Assembly (NCBI GenBank): GCA_036489875.1
Contig: DASXEZ010000160.1
Coordinates: forward strand, 17,106 to 81,105
Origin: Solirubrobacteraceae bacterium
GTDB lineage: Bacteria > Actinomycetota > Thermoleophilia > Solirubrobacterales > Solirubrobacteraceae
Direction of reading: 5' to 3'
Length of the DNA: 64,000 bases
This document shows, one piece after another, positions 36,729 to 44,155 of this stretch. Under the pieces are notes generated by a model. It had not been told where the DNA came from and did no database searches. It saw nothing but the letters and a program-made list of their open reading frames with translations. Made by a program: the position numbers and the translations under genes. Position 1 is the first letter of the stretch, and each line of letters opens with the position of its first letter.

Positions 36729-37022
36729 TCAGGAGAGGGGAGTGCCGTTCCTGCCGTTCTGCCAGGGGGTGCCCGTCGGGCCAGCGCCGTTAGCGGGCTG
36801 TCCGCCTCGCCCGCCCTTCCCGACGGTGCCGACCGCCGCACCGCCATCCCCGCCTGCGCCGTTGCCGCCGTTGCCGCCCGGGACGCGCTCGCCCGTTGCT
36901 GGCGCACGGGCTGCTCCGTTTCCGCCGGTCCCCGCGTTTCCGCCGGTGCGCCCGTCAGTGCGGTTCCCGGGCCCGCTCGGCGAGCCGCACTCCCTAGAAC
37001 CCTGCAGGCGTGACGAGAACTG
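36729..37022 (-). pseudogene. start-less Gly-rich reading frame (remnant of a GGX-repeat gene?)
   Basis: A 98-codon open frame bounded by TAG (37023-37025) and TGA (36729-36731) has no ATG/GTG/TTG. It reads ...GPGNRTDGRTGGNAGTGGNGAA...GGNGGNGAGGDGGAAVGTVGKGGRGGQPANGAGPTG..., the same composition as the 866-aa GGX protein 1 kb away. Confidence 0.3.
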
Positions 37023-37740
37023 CTAGGAACTCGGTGTAGAGGCTGGGATAGCCGTCACCAGGGCCGTTCTGGCTGTCGTCGCCCCCCGGCCCCAATCCTC
37101 TGCAGCACGCTCATGCCGCTGATCACAGTGCCGAAGGGGGTGTAGTCCGGAGCCAGCGTGGTGTTCTGCCAGGTGAAGAAGAACTGGCTGCCGTTGGTGT
37201 TCGGTCCGGCATTGGCCATGGCGAGCGTGCCGGCCGGGTAGGTGGCCCCGGTGAGGGTCTCGTCGTTGAATTCGTAGCCGGGACCGCCCGATCCGGTGCC
37301 GGTCGGGTCGCCGCACTGGAGCACGAAGATCCCTTGGGTGGTGAGCCGGTGGCAGTGGGTGAGATTGAAGTAGCCGCGGCTTGCCAGGAAGCGGAACGAA
37401 GTGGTGGTACACGGCGGCGCGGCGGTCAGCATCCGGACAGTGATGATGCCTCGCGTGGTGATGAAGGTGACGTTGAAAGGCTGCCCTCCTGTGTCGCATT
37501 GAACACGGGGATGCCCTTGAAGCTATCCGCGAGGACCGACGCTTGGAAGCCGCACGGGTTGGTGACTGTGGGCGTGGCGGCAGCCGTCCGCGCACGGAGG
37601 CCGGGAGCATTGAGGTAGGGACGGTGCACGGGGCTACTGAGGGCACCGGACGCGCTCGCCCCGGCGACTGTGACCGCAGCGGTCACAGTGGCAGTAGCGA
37701 GCAACCAACGAAAACGGCGTTCACCGAACATGGCGGGCAA
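36994..37740 (-). pseudogene. secreted cyclophilin-type peptidyl-prolyl isomerase, disrupted by two frameshifts (or two assembly errors)
   Basis: The signal-peptide ORF 37426..37740 has to jump frame near 37480-37495 to reach FNVTFITTRGIITVRMLTAAPPCTTTSFRFLASRGYFNLTHCHRL...QCGDPTGTGSGGPGY...LAMANAGPNTNGSQFFF...FGTV (ORF 37055..37432). A second shift at the C6 run (37082-37087) is needed to recover a cyclophilin-like tail ...GDGYPSLYTEF. Confidence 0.6.
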
Positions 37741-37968
37741 CCTCTCTCTGAGGGCGGCCCCGATTGTGACCCTTGTGGGTCCGCCGAATCAAGGCGTGTG
37801 ACGAACGTGTTTCGCCGCATAGCAAGCGACCTGCGGCTCGGCGGCTCGGCGGCTCGCGACAAGGTTGTCCCGCTCAGCAATCGGGCAGTGCGTGACGCAG
37901 TCCGGCCACCGGCGTCGTCGAGTGCCGCAACGTTCGAGCGAGGCAGCCTCCCTGTTCTGGGTGGAGCG

Positions 37969-40569
37969 TCAGGAGGGTGCGCCGCTTCCGCCAGCCCCCC
38001 CGGGGGTACCCGCCGGCCCAGCGCCGGCACCGGCCGCCCCGCCCTGTCCCCCGGTCCCGCCTGCGCCGCCGGCGCCGCCGGCGCCGCCCGCGCCGCCGTC
38101 GCCGTTCGCGCCTGGGGATCCGGCCGCGCTGCCAGCTGTTCCGCCGTCGCCGGCGGCTCCGCCGTTGCCGCCGGCTCCGCCGTTCTGTCCGCCTGCGCCG
38201 CCCGCGCCACCGTCGCCACCCGCACCTGCGTTCCCGCTGATGCTGCCCCCATTCCCGCCGGCGCCTCCGCTGCCCCCGCTGCCACCGGTGCCGCCGGCGC
38301 CGTCAGTCCCGCCCGCGGCGCCGGTGCCGCCGGCGCCGCCGTCGCCACCGTCACCGAAGTTGCCGCCGTTACCACCGTGTCCGCCGCCGCCGCCGTCGGT
38401 CCCGGGTGCGGTTGCTCCGAATCCAGCCCCGCCGTCCCCACCGTTTCCGCCGCCGGGCGCGGGTTGACCGCCGGCGCCGGTGGACCCTCCGGTCCCGCCA
38501 ATGCCGCCGGTACCGGAGGGTCCACCAGCACCGGCGCTGCCGGGCGTCCCGCCGTTGCCGCCATTACCGCCGTTGCCGCCGTCGGGTTTGGCGGCGGTTC
38601 CGGCCAACCCGTTCCCGCCGTTTCCTCCGATACCGGCGGTGCCGCCGTTGCCGCCAGTACCGCCCACACCATTAGCCCCGGCTCCGCCTGAATTGCCGCC
38701 GCTGCCGCCCGTGCCGCCGCTGCCACCCGAGGCGCCGTTGCCCCCGTTGCCGCCGTTGGGGTCAGTGGCGGTTCCACCCAACCCGTCGCCGCCGTTCCCG
38801 CCCTCACCGGCGCCGCCGCCGGCGCCGCCGCCGCCGCCGGCACCGGCAGTCATACCGGCTCCGGCCGCGCCACCCTCACCGCCGCTGCCGCCGTTGCCGC
38901 CTGCGCCCCCGGGGGCACCGTCGCCACTGGCGCCGTTGTCGACTCCGGCCTCTCCCGTGCCGCCGTCGCCGCCGTTCGCCCCGGTCCCGCCTGCGCCACC
39001 ACGGCCGCCCGTTGCGCCGCGACCGCCAGTTCCGCCAGTGCCGCCGTCGCCGCCAGCGGCGCCGGCGGTCGCTGCTGGGTAGCCGGCGCCCCCGGTGCCG
39101 CCAGTCCCGCCGGTGGCGGCCTGACCAGCGACACCGGTCGTCCCAGCGCTCGCACCAGCCCCGCCAGCTGCTCCACCCATGCCGCCGCTGCCCGGCGTCC
39201 CAGGATCGCCGCCCGTGCCGCCCTCGCCGCCATTGGGGGTATCAGCTGTCCCTGCCCCACCGGTGCCGCCGCGCCCGCCCACACCGGCCGTACCGCCAGC
39301 GCCGCCGCTACCGCCGTTGCCAGCAGCGCCGCCGTTGACGCCGTGGATCGCCACGCCGCCGCTGCCGCCGGCGCCGCCGTGCCCGCCCATCTCGCCCGCG
39401 CCGCCGGTGCCGCCGGTGCCCGCTCCGCTCGTTCCGGCGACGCCGGTGGCGCCGTTGCCGCCGGCACCCCCGGCCCCCCCGTTGGCCCCCGGACCGCCGT
39501 TCCCACCGGTGCCACCAGCGCCGGCGGCGCCACCGAGCGTGGTTGATGAAGACCCGGCGCCGCCATTGCCGCCCACCCCGCCGGCGGAGGCGTTTCCAGT
39601 TTGTCCTGCGGTGCCGCCCGCTCCGGCGAGGCCACCCGCACCGCTGCTTCCGGGGTTCCCGCCGTTCCCGCCGTTGCCGCCCGTGACGTCGTCGCCGGTT
39701 CCTAGCGCACCGGCTGCTCCGTTCCCGCCGGCTCCGGCATTTCCGCCGGCACCGCCATTAGCGCCCGCGCCGCCGGCGCCGCCGGCGCCGCCGTTACCGC
39801 CGGCGCCGCCGGATTGGCTGGCTGTGCCTCCTGCACCACCAGCGCCGCCGTTACCGCCGCGGCCACCGTTCGCCCCGGTGCCGCCAGGGCCGCCAGGGCC
39901 GCCGGCGCCGCCGGCGCCACCGGAACCAGTGCCGGCCGCGCCGTTTCCGCCGGCCCCGCCGCTGCCGCCGGCAGCAGTGTTCACCACACCACGCAATCCG
40001 AGCACGAGGAGATGCGTTCCGGGATTCCCGCCTGCGCCGCCGCTCGATCCTGACTGTCCCGGTGTGCCGCCGGCAGCGCCGCTGCCGCCGGCGCCTCCGT
40101 TGCCGGCCTGGGATCCAAACTCAGCGTTCCCCCCGTTCCCGCCGGCGGTCCCGGCGTCGGCCGGGTTGTTGCTGCTCCACCCGTTCCCCCCGTTTCCGCC
40201 GCGGCCGGTGAGTAGTCCGCCGGTGCCGCCGTTGCCCCCGGGCACACCAGGAATGGTGCTTGACCAGCCGTTCCCGCCGTTGCCGGCGATCAGGCCACCG
40301 CTCTGACCATTCGGATGCTGAGCGGTGCCGTTGGCCCCGTTGCAAACGAGGCCACAGATGCTCGTCGTCGATGGCTGTGCCAACGCAACGAATCCCGTGG
40401 CGTTCGCGGGAGACGCACTCACCGCACAAGGCACCGCCCAAAGCAACACGCCGCCAAGGACGACGAATGCCACACGGAACGGTCGCCGACCACGCAGGCG
40501 ACCTCCACGTCGGGCCTTGCTCACCGAATCAAATCGAAAATCATCAGCGAACCTGCGATCTCGTGACAT
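37969..40569 (-). CDS. 866-aa secreted Gly-Gly-X repeat protein (PGRS-like composition, no PE domain)
   Basis: Uninterrupted 2.6-kb ORF. ATG 40569 is preceded by aggaaggctgagg. The signal peptide is RPFRVAFVVLGGVLLWAVPCAVSASPANA. The remainder is almost entirely GGN/GGA/GGT/GGS triplets (GGNGGNGGTGG, GGAGGNGGAGG, GLIAGNGGNGWSS). The opposite-strand Pro-rich ORFs are broken into pieces. Confidence 0.75.
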   Translation of the reverse strand: MSRDRRFADDFRFDSVSKARRGGRLRGRRPFRVAFVVLGGVLLWAVPCAVSASPANATGFVALAQPSTTSICGLVCNGANGTAQHPNGQSGGLIAGNGGNGWSSTIPGVPGGNGGTGGLLTGRGGNGGNGWSSNNPADAGTAGGNGGNAEFGSQAGNGGAGGSGAAGGTPGQSGSSGGAGGNPGTHLLVLGLRGVVNTAAGGSGGAGGNGAAGTGSGGAGGAGGPGGPGGTGANGGRGGNGGAGGAGGTASQSGGAGGNGGAGGAGGAGANGGAGGNAGAGGNGAAGALGTGDDVTGGNGGNGGNPGSSGAGGLAGAGGTAGQTGNASAGGVGGNGGAGSSSTTLGGAAGAGGTGGNGGPGANGGAGGAGGNGATGVAGTSGAGTGGTGGAGEMGGHGGAGGSGGVAIHGVNGGAAGNGGSGGAGGTAGVGGRGGTGGAGTADTPNGGEGGTGGDPGTPGSGGMGGAAGGAGASAGTTGVAGQAATGGTGGTGGAGYPAATAGAAGGDGGTGGTGGRGATGGRGGAGGTGANGGDGGTGEAGVDNGASGDGAPGGAGGNGGSGGEGGAAGAGMTAGAGGGGGAGGGAGEGGNGGDGLGGTATDPNGGNGGNGASGGSGGTGGSGGNSGGAGANGVGGTGGNGGTAGIGGNGGNGLAGTAAKPDGGNGGNGGNGGTPGSAGAGGPSGTGGIGGTGGSTGAGGQPAPGGGNGGDGGAGFGATAPGTDGGGGGHGGNGGNFGDGGDGGAGGTGAAGGTDGAGGTGGSGGSGGAGGNGGSISGNAGAGGDGGAGGAGGQNGGAGGNGGAAGDGGTAGSAAGSPGANGDGGAGGAGGAGGAGGTGGQGGAAGAGAGPAGTPGGAGGSGAPS
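37990..40330 (-). repeat. GGX-codon low-complexity array inside the 866-aa gene
   Basis: About 2.3 kb of ggc-ggc-nnn type periodicity (read as gcc-gcc on the + strand). This is degenerate triplet periodicity rather than long exact repeats. Confidence 0.8.
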
Positions 40570-40776
40570 CCTCAGCCTTCCTGCCTCAGACGCCGGCAAG
40601 CGCCCGGAACTCACGGAAGGGCAACCTAAACGAACGCCCGAGGCACTGCAACGCTCGCGGAAGTGCCGCGGTAGCGAGTGGGGCTCGGTCCTGCGCCCGA
40701 CATCGGGTCTGTTAACCGACGCGACGGGCGCTCCATCGCGATCCCGCGCCAGGTCGGCTCGAGTGCGTAAGCGCCC

Positions 40777-40819
40777 GCAGCAGGCCGGCCGCCCCTAGGT
40801 GGGTCGGCCGGCTGGCTGC
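40777..40819 (-). terminator. 15-bp GC-rich hairpin between the Asn/Gly-repeat gene and the GGX gene
   Basis: gcagcaggccggccg (40777-40791) pairs with cggccggctggctgc (40805-40819), with one mismatch and one G-U pair, around a 13-nt loop. It lies 94 nt downstream of the stop at 40913. No U-tract. Confidence 0.35.
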
Positions 40820-40912
40820 TTCGGTGCTTCTCGTGACGTGAGGCCTTATCGGAAGCCCCTAGTCATCTCCTCTCTTGCCAATTTCAGAACGATTCGACTG
40901 CGTTGATTCGGC

Positions 40913-42406
40913 TCAGCAGGGACTCGGGGCGCACTTGTCCTTCTGGCATGACGACGCGCACTGCTGACCGCAGCCCGGAGACTGGTGCCCGCAGCCCGGT
41001 GACTGCTGTCCGCATCCGTTGGTGTCGCACTGCTGCTGGCAGTCGCAGTTGCACGACGGCTCGCAGCTGTTGCCGCACTGCTGCTGGCAGTTGCACTGGC
41101 ATGTCGGCGGTGGCGGCGGTGGCGATGGCGGGTTGTTGCACGGGTAGTTGCCGCCGCTGTTGCTGTTGCCGCCGTTGCTGTTGCCGCCGCTAGCGGTGTT
41201 CGAGGCCGTGCCTCCGTTGCCGCCGTTGGCGTTGACCGTGCCGCCATTGGCAGACGACGGGCCGCTAGAGACCGCGGTGTTGCCACCGCGCGTGTTCTGC
41301 CCGACCGCGTCACCGTTGAGGAACACGAGGTTGCCGCTGTTGGACTGGCCGCCGTTGGCGGTGTTGCCGTTTCCTCCGCCGCCACCGTTGGCGTTGTTGT
41401 CGCCCTGCGTGATGCTTTGCGGTCCTTGGTTGTTGGTGGAGTCTGCGGCGTTGTTGGTGGCGGTGCCGCCGTTGCCGCCGTTGGCGTTGACGGTGCCGCC
41501 GTTGGCGTTTGAGGATCCGCTCGTCACGACGGTGTCGCCACCGCTCGTGCCGTGCTTGTGGTGGTGCTTGTGCTGCGAGTACGTCGACTCCGAGTCCTGG
41601 CAGCCGCAATTCTGCTGGTGACCCTTGTCGCCGGTCGATACCGCGTCACCGTTCAGGAAGACGGCGTTGCCGCTGTTGGACTGGCCGCCGTTGGCGGTGT
41701 TGCCGTTTCCTCCGCCGCCACCGTTGGCGTTGTTGTCGCCCTGCGTGGCGCCTTGCTGTCCTTGGTTGTTGTCCTCGTTCTTGCAGCCGCAACCGGGCGA
41801 GCCACTTCCACCGCTGTCGCCTGCGGTGTTCGAGGCGGTGCCGCCGTTGCCGCCGTTGGCGTTGACGGTGCCGCCGTTGGCGTTTGAGGATCCGCTCGAG
41901 ACGGCGGTGCTGCCGCCCTTCGCGTTCCCGCCCAGACTGACTGAGTCGCCGTTCAGCGCGACAATGTTGCCGCTGTTGGACTGGCCGCCGTTGGCGGTGT
42001 TGCCGTTTCCTCCGCCGCCACCGTTGGCGTTGTTGTCGCCCTGCGTGCCGCCATCGACTCCGGTCGGGCTGGTCGCGCCGTTCGTGGCCGTGCCGCCGTT
42101 GCCGCCGTTGTCATTGGTGGTCCCGCCATTGGCTGAGGAGGATCCGCTCGAGACGGTGGTGTTGCCACCGCTGGCGTTCCCGCCCAGGCCGACCGCGTCG
42201 CCGTTGAGGACGGCGATGTTGCCGCTGTTGGACTGACCGCCGTTGGCGGTGTTGCCGTTACCGCCGCCGCCGCCGTTGGCGGTGTTGGCGCCCTGCGTCA
42301 AGGCTCCCGCATTCCCAGACACGGGCGGCTGGGCCAGTGCTGAGGGTGCGCAAGCTCCCGCGATTGCGAGCACGCCTAGCGTGATCGCCGCGAAGTGTCG
42401 TCTCAT
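40913..42406 (-). CDS. 497-aa secreted Asn/Gly-rich four-repeat protein with His-rich insert and Cys-rich C-terminal tail
   Basis: ATG start and signal peptide MRRHFAAITLGVLAIAGACAPSALA/QPP. Four repeats follow: TQGDNNANGGGGGNGNTANGGQSNSGN.V.LNGD...VSSGSSNANGGTVNANGGNGGTA. Linkers contain GCGC, CGC and HKHHHKH. The last 77 aa contain 17 Cys (CQCNCQQQCGNSCEPSCNCDCQQQC...). Confidence 0.8.
   Translation of the reverse strand: MRRHFAAITLGVLAIAGACAPSALAQPPVSGNAGALTQGANTANGGGGGNGNTANGGQSNSGNIAVLNGDAVGLGGNASGGNTTVSSGSSSANGGTTNDNGGNGGTATNGATSPTGVDGGTQGDNNANGGGGGNGNTANGGQSNSGNIVALNGDSVSLGGNAKGGSTAVSSGSSNANGGTVNANGGNGGTASNTAGDSGGSGSPGCGCKNEDNNQGQQGATQGDNNANGGGGGNGNTANGGQSNSGNAVFLNGDAVSTGDKGHQQNCGCQDSESTYSQHKHHHKHGTSGGDTVVTSGSSNANGGTVNANGGNGGTATNNAADSTNNQGPQSITQGDNNANGGGGGNGNTANGGQSNSGNLVFLNGDAVGQNTRGGNTAVSSGPSSANGGTVNANGGNGGTASNTASGGNSNGGNSNSGGNYPCNNPPSPPPPPPTCQCNCQQQCGNSCEPSCNCDCQQQCDTNGCGQQSPGCGHQSPGCGQQCASSCQKDKCAPSPC
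41331..42298 (-). repeat. intragenic tandem repeats with 100%-identical DNA cores
   Basis: The 80-bp core ttgccgctgttggactggccgccgttggcggtgttgccgtttcctccgccgccaccgttggcgttgttgtcgccctgcgt occurs identically at 41331-41410, 41667-41746 and 41967-42046, with a diverged copy at 42219-42298. A second 65-bp block is identical at 41459-41523 and 41834-41898. Confidence 0.9.
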
Positions 42407-42495
42407 GACACCTGCTCACTTTCATCTCGTTCAAGAAGATCCGCCGGGCAGTAGGAGGCCCCCGACGGCCGGCCTGGTCAGACCCCGCGGACGGG

Positions 42496-43893
42496 TTAAC
42501 CAGGTCGCTCGAGCGGTGAATGAAAGGCGTGACGCGCGAAGCCAGCCGGAACGACGGGCAGGCCGGAAACCCGCGTCAGCGCCAGTGCGAACAAGAAGAG
42601 CGAAAGCAGAGCGGCGATCCCGGTGCCGTTGGCGCCGAGTGATCGCACGAGCCCGCCGAGACCGCCGGTGCCCAGCGACAGAACTGGCTGGGCCGTCGGG
42701 CGGACGTTGTCTGCGCCGTTGCTTGCGGGCGTAGCGCGCACCGCGGACGGCGGCAACGCGATCACGTGGAGGGGACCAATCAGGCTTGCCGTCGGTGTCT
42801 CAAGTCCTGCTGGTGCGGTTCCGAGCGGAATAGACACACCGACAGGCCTAGGGGCGTCGCCGTCGCGACGATCGGAACCCGCATGCGGCGGTGTCGGAAA
42901 CGAGACGCTCGGTGGGCTAGTCATCACTGCTGAAGAAGCCGGACCGGCGCCACGCGAGAGGTCAGCGGGTGGGGATGCGGGAGAGGCTTCGGGCGAGACG
43001 GCTCCGAGTGCGATACCGGGGGAGCTCGCCGAACCTTCGGGGGTGCGGGTAGCCATCGATCCGGTGGCGCTTCCGCTGATCGAGCCGATCGCGGACTTCG
43101 CGGTACCGGCATCGAGAGTGATCGACTTGGCCGCAGAGAGGTGCGTGACAAATCCGCTAACGGGTGGGATGGACACCGCGGCGTGGGCGGTGGTGGTCAC
43201 GGTCTGGGTCGGAGTCGAGGTGACGGAACCAATCGAGGAGTTGGCTGTGTCCCGAACCTTCGTCGTGATGGAAGTGGCGGCAGCGATCGCGCGGGTCGGC
43301 GCGACCTGTCCCACGCTCGGGGCGCCACCCTGCGGCACGAGCGACTGAACTCTCGTCGGTGTGACCACCCGAGGAACTGAAAGCTGCTTCACCGGCGAAA
43401 CGACCGGATGCGCGGATGCTGCGCTCGACGCGATGGCGGAGCCTGCCGCTACCGCCGCCGGCCGCAGCGTCTTCGGAGCGGTCGCGGCCGCGAGGGCGGG
43501 TCGGTCCGGGGGAGGACCAACTGCTGGCACTGGGGACGTCACGACCGCTGGAGCGGAACCTGTCGTCTGCGAACTCGCCACCGCGATGACCTGCGAGCTC
43601 GGAACGGCATCGGAAGTCGGGGCGGCGTCGGACGTCTGTGTCGTGCCAAGTGAAGAAGCGCCGCTGTCACCGGACGCGACGGTTGAACCCGTCGCCGGGA
43701 CCACGTCGGAGACAACCGTGGTCGGTTGGGGGGCAGCCACGATGCTCTGATTCGGGAGCGACCCGGCGGCCGCCGCTCCGGGGGCGCCGAAGGCGCAGAT
43801 GGCCAACAGCGTGACTGCACACACACCGCCGGCACAGAGAGACCGACGACTGATCGCGATGGAGCGCGCGAGGCGCTCGTCCGCGAGGTGCAT
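42496..43893 (-). CDS. ~465-aa Ser/Thr/Ala/Pro/Val-rich envelope protein with hydrophobic segments at both ends
   Basis: ORF 42496..43962 has TTG at 43962 and ATGs at 43944 and 43893. The N-terminal anchor/signal is SLCAGGVCAVTLLAICAFGAPGAAAAG. About 380 aa of mucin-like low complexity follow. A C-terminal hydrophobic stretch GIAALLSLFLFALALT is followed by a ~25-aa tail. Confidence 0.6.
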   Translation of the reverse strand: MHLADERLARSIAISRRSLCAGGVCAVTLLAICAFGAPGAAAAGSLPNQSIVAAPQPTTVVSDVVPATGSTVASGDSGASSLGTTQTSDAAPTSDAVPSSQVIAVASSQTTGSAPAVVTSPVPAVGPPPDRPALAAATAPKTLRPAAVAAGSAIASSAASAHPVVSPVKQLSVPRVVTPTRVQSLVPQGGAPSVGQVAPTRAIAAATSITTKVRDTANSSIGSVTSTPTQTVTTTAHAAVSIPPVSGFVTHLSAAKSITLDAGTAKSAIGSISGSATGSMATRTPEGSASSPGIALGAVSPEASPASPPADLSRGAGPASSAVMTSPPSVSFPTPPHAGSDRRDGDAPRPVGVSIPLGTAPAGLETPTASLIGPLHVIALPPSAVRATPASNGADNVRPTAQPVLSLGTGGLGGLVRSLGANGTGIAALLSLFLFALALTRVSGLPVVPAGFARHAFHSPLERPG

Positions 43894-44155
43894 TTCGGTC
43901 CCAGTCGTAACTGGCGGCCTGTAGGAGTCCCCCGACTCAACCATGCTTGGGCGTATACCCAAACCTCCGCAAAGCTAACAAAGGCTTTACAAACCTACCC
44001 AGGTTCCCCGCACAATCCATCCTTTTTGCGACCGCAGACCAAGCCGCTACCGCCGCCGACGCGGCTGATGCCGGCGCCTCGGTTGGGCTCTTGGGAGAGC
44101 GGGTACGGGAGCGCGATCGGTGGCTCGACGCGCGCGAGGAAAGGATGGGATTCCA

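Noticed and set aside
37865-40306. Long Pro-rich plus-strand ORFs (37865-38467, 38480-39082, 39179-40306; PPAPPAPP...) that could be read as extensin- or collagen-like proteins
   Set aside because: They are the antisense reading of GGN codons (gcc-gcc-nnn). They are fragmented into several pieces and lack signal peptides or start context. The minus strand carries one unbroken 2.6-kb ORF with a signal peptide and an SD-like sequence.
41148-42236. Plus-strand ORFs 41148-41621 and 41625-42236 (PPLPPLALTVPPLA...) opposite the Asn/Gly repeat gene
   Set aside because: This is the same antisense artefact. The minus-strand ORF is continuous and starts with ATG plus a canonical signal peptide with an ALA/Q cleavage site.
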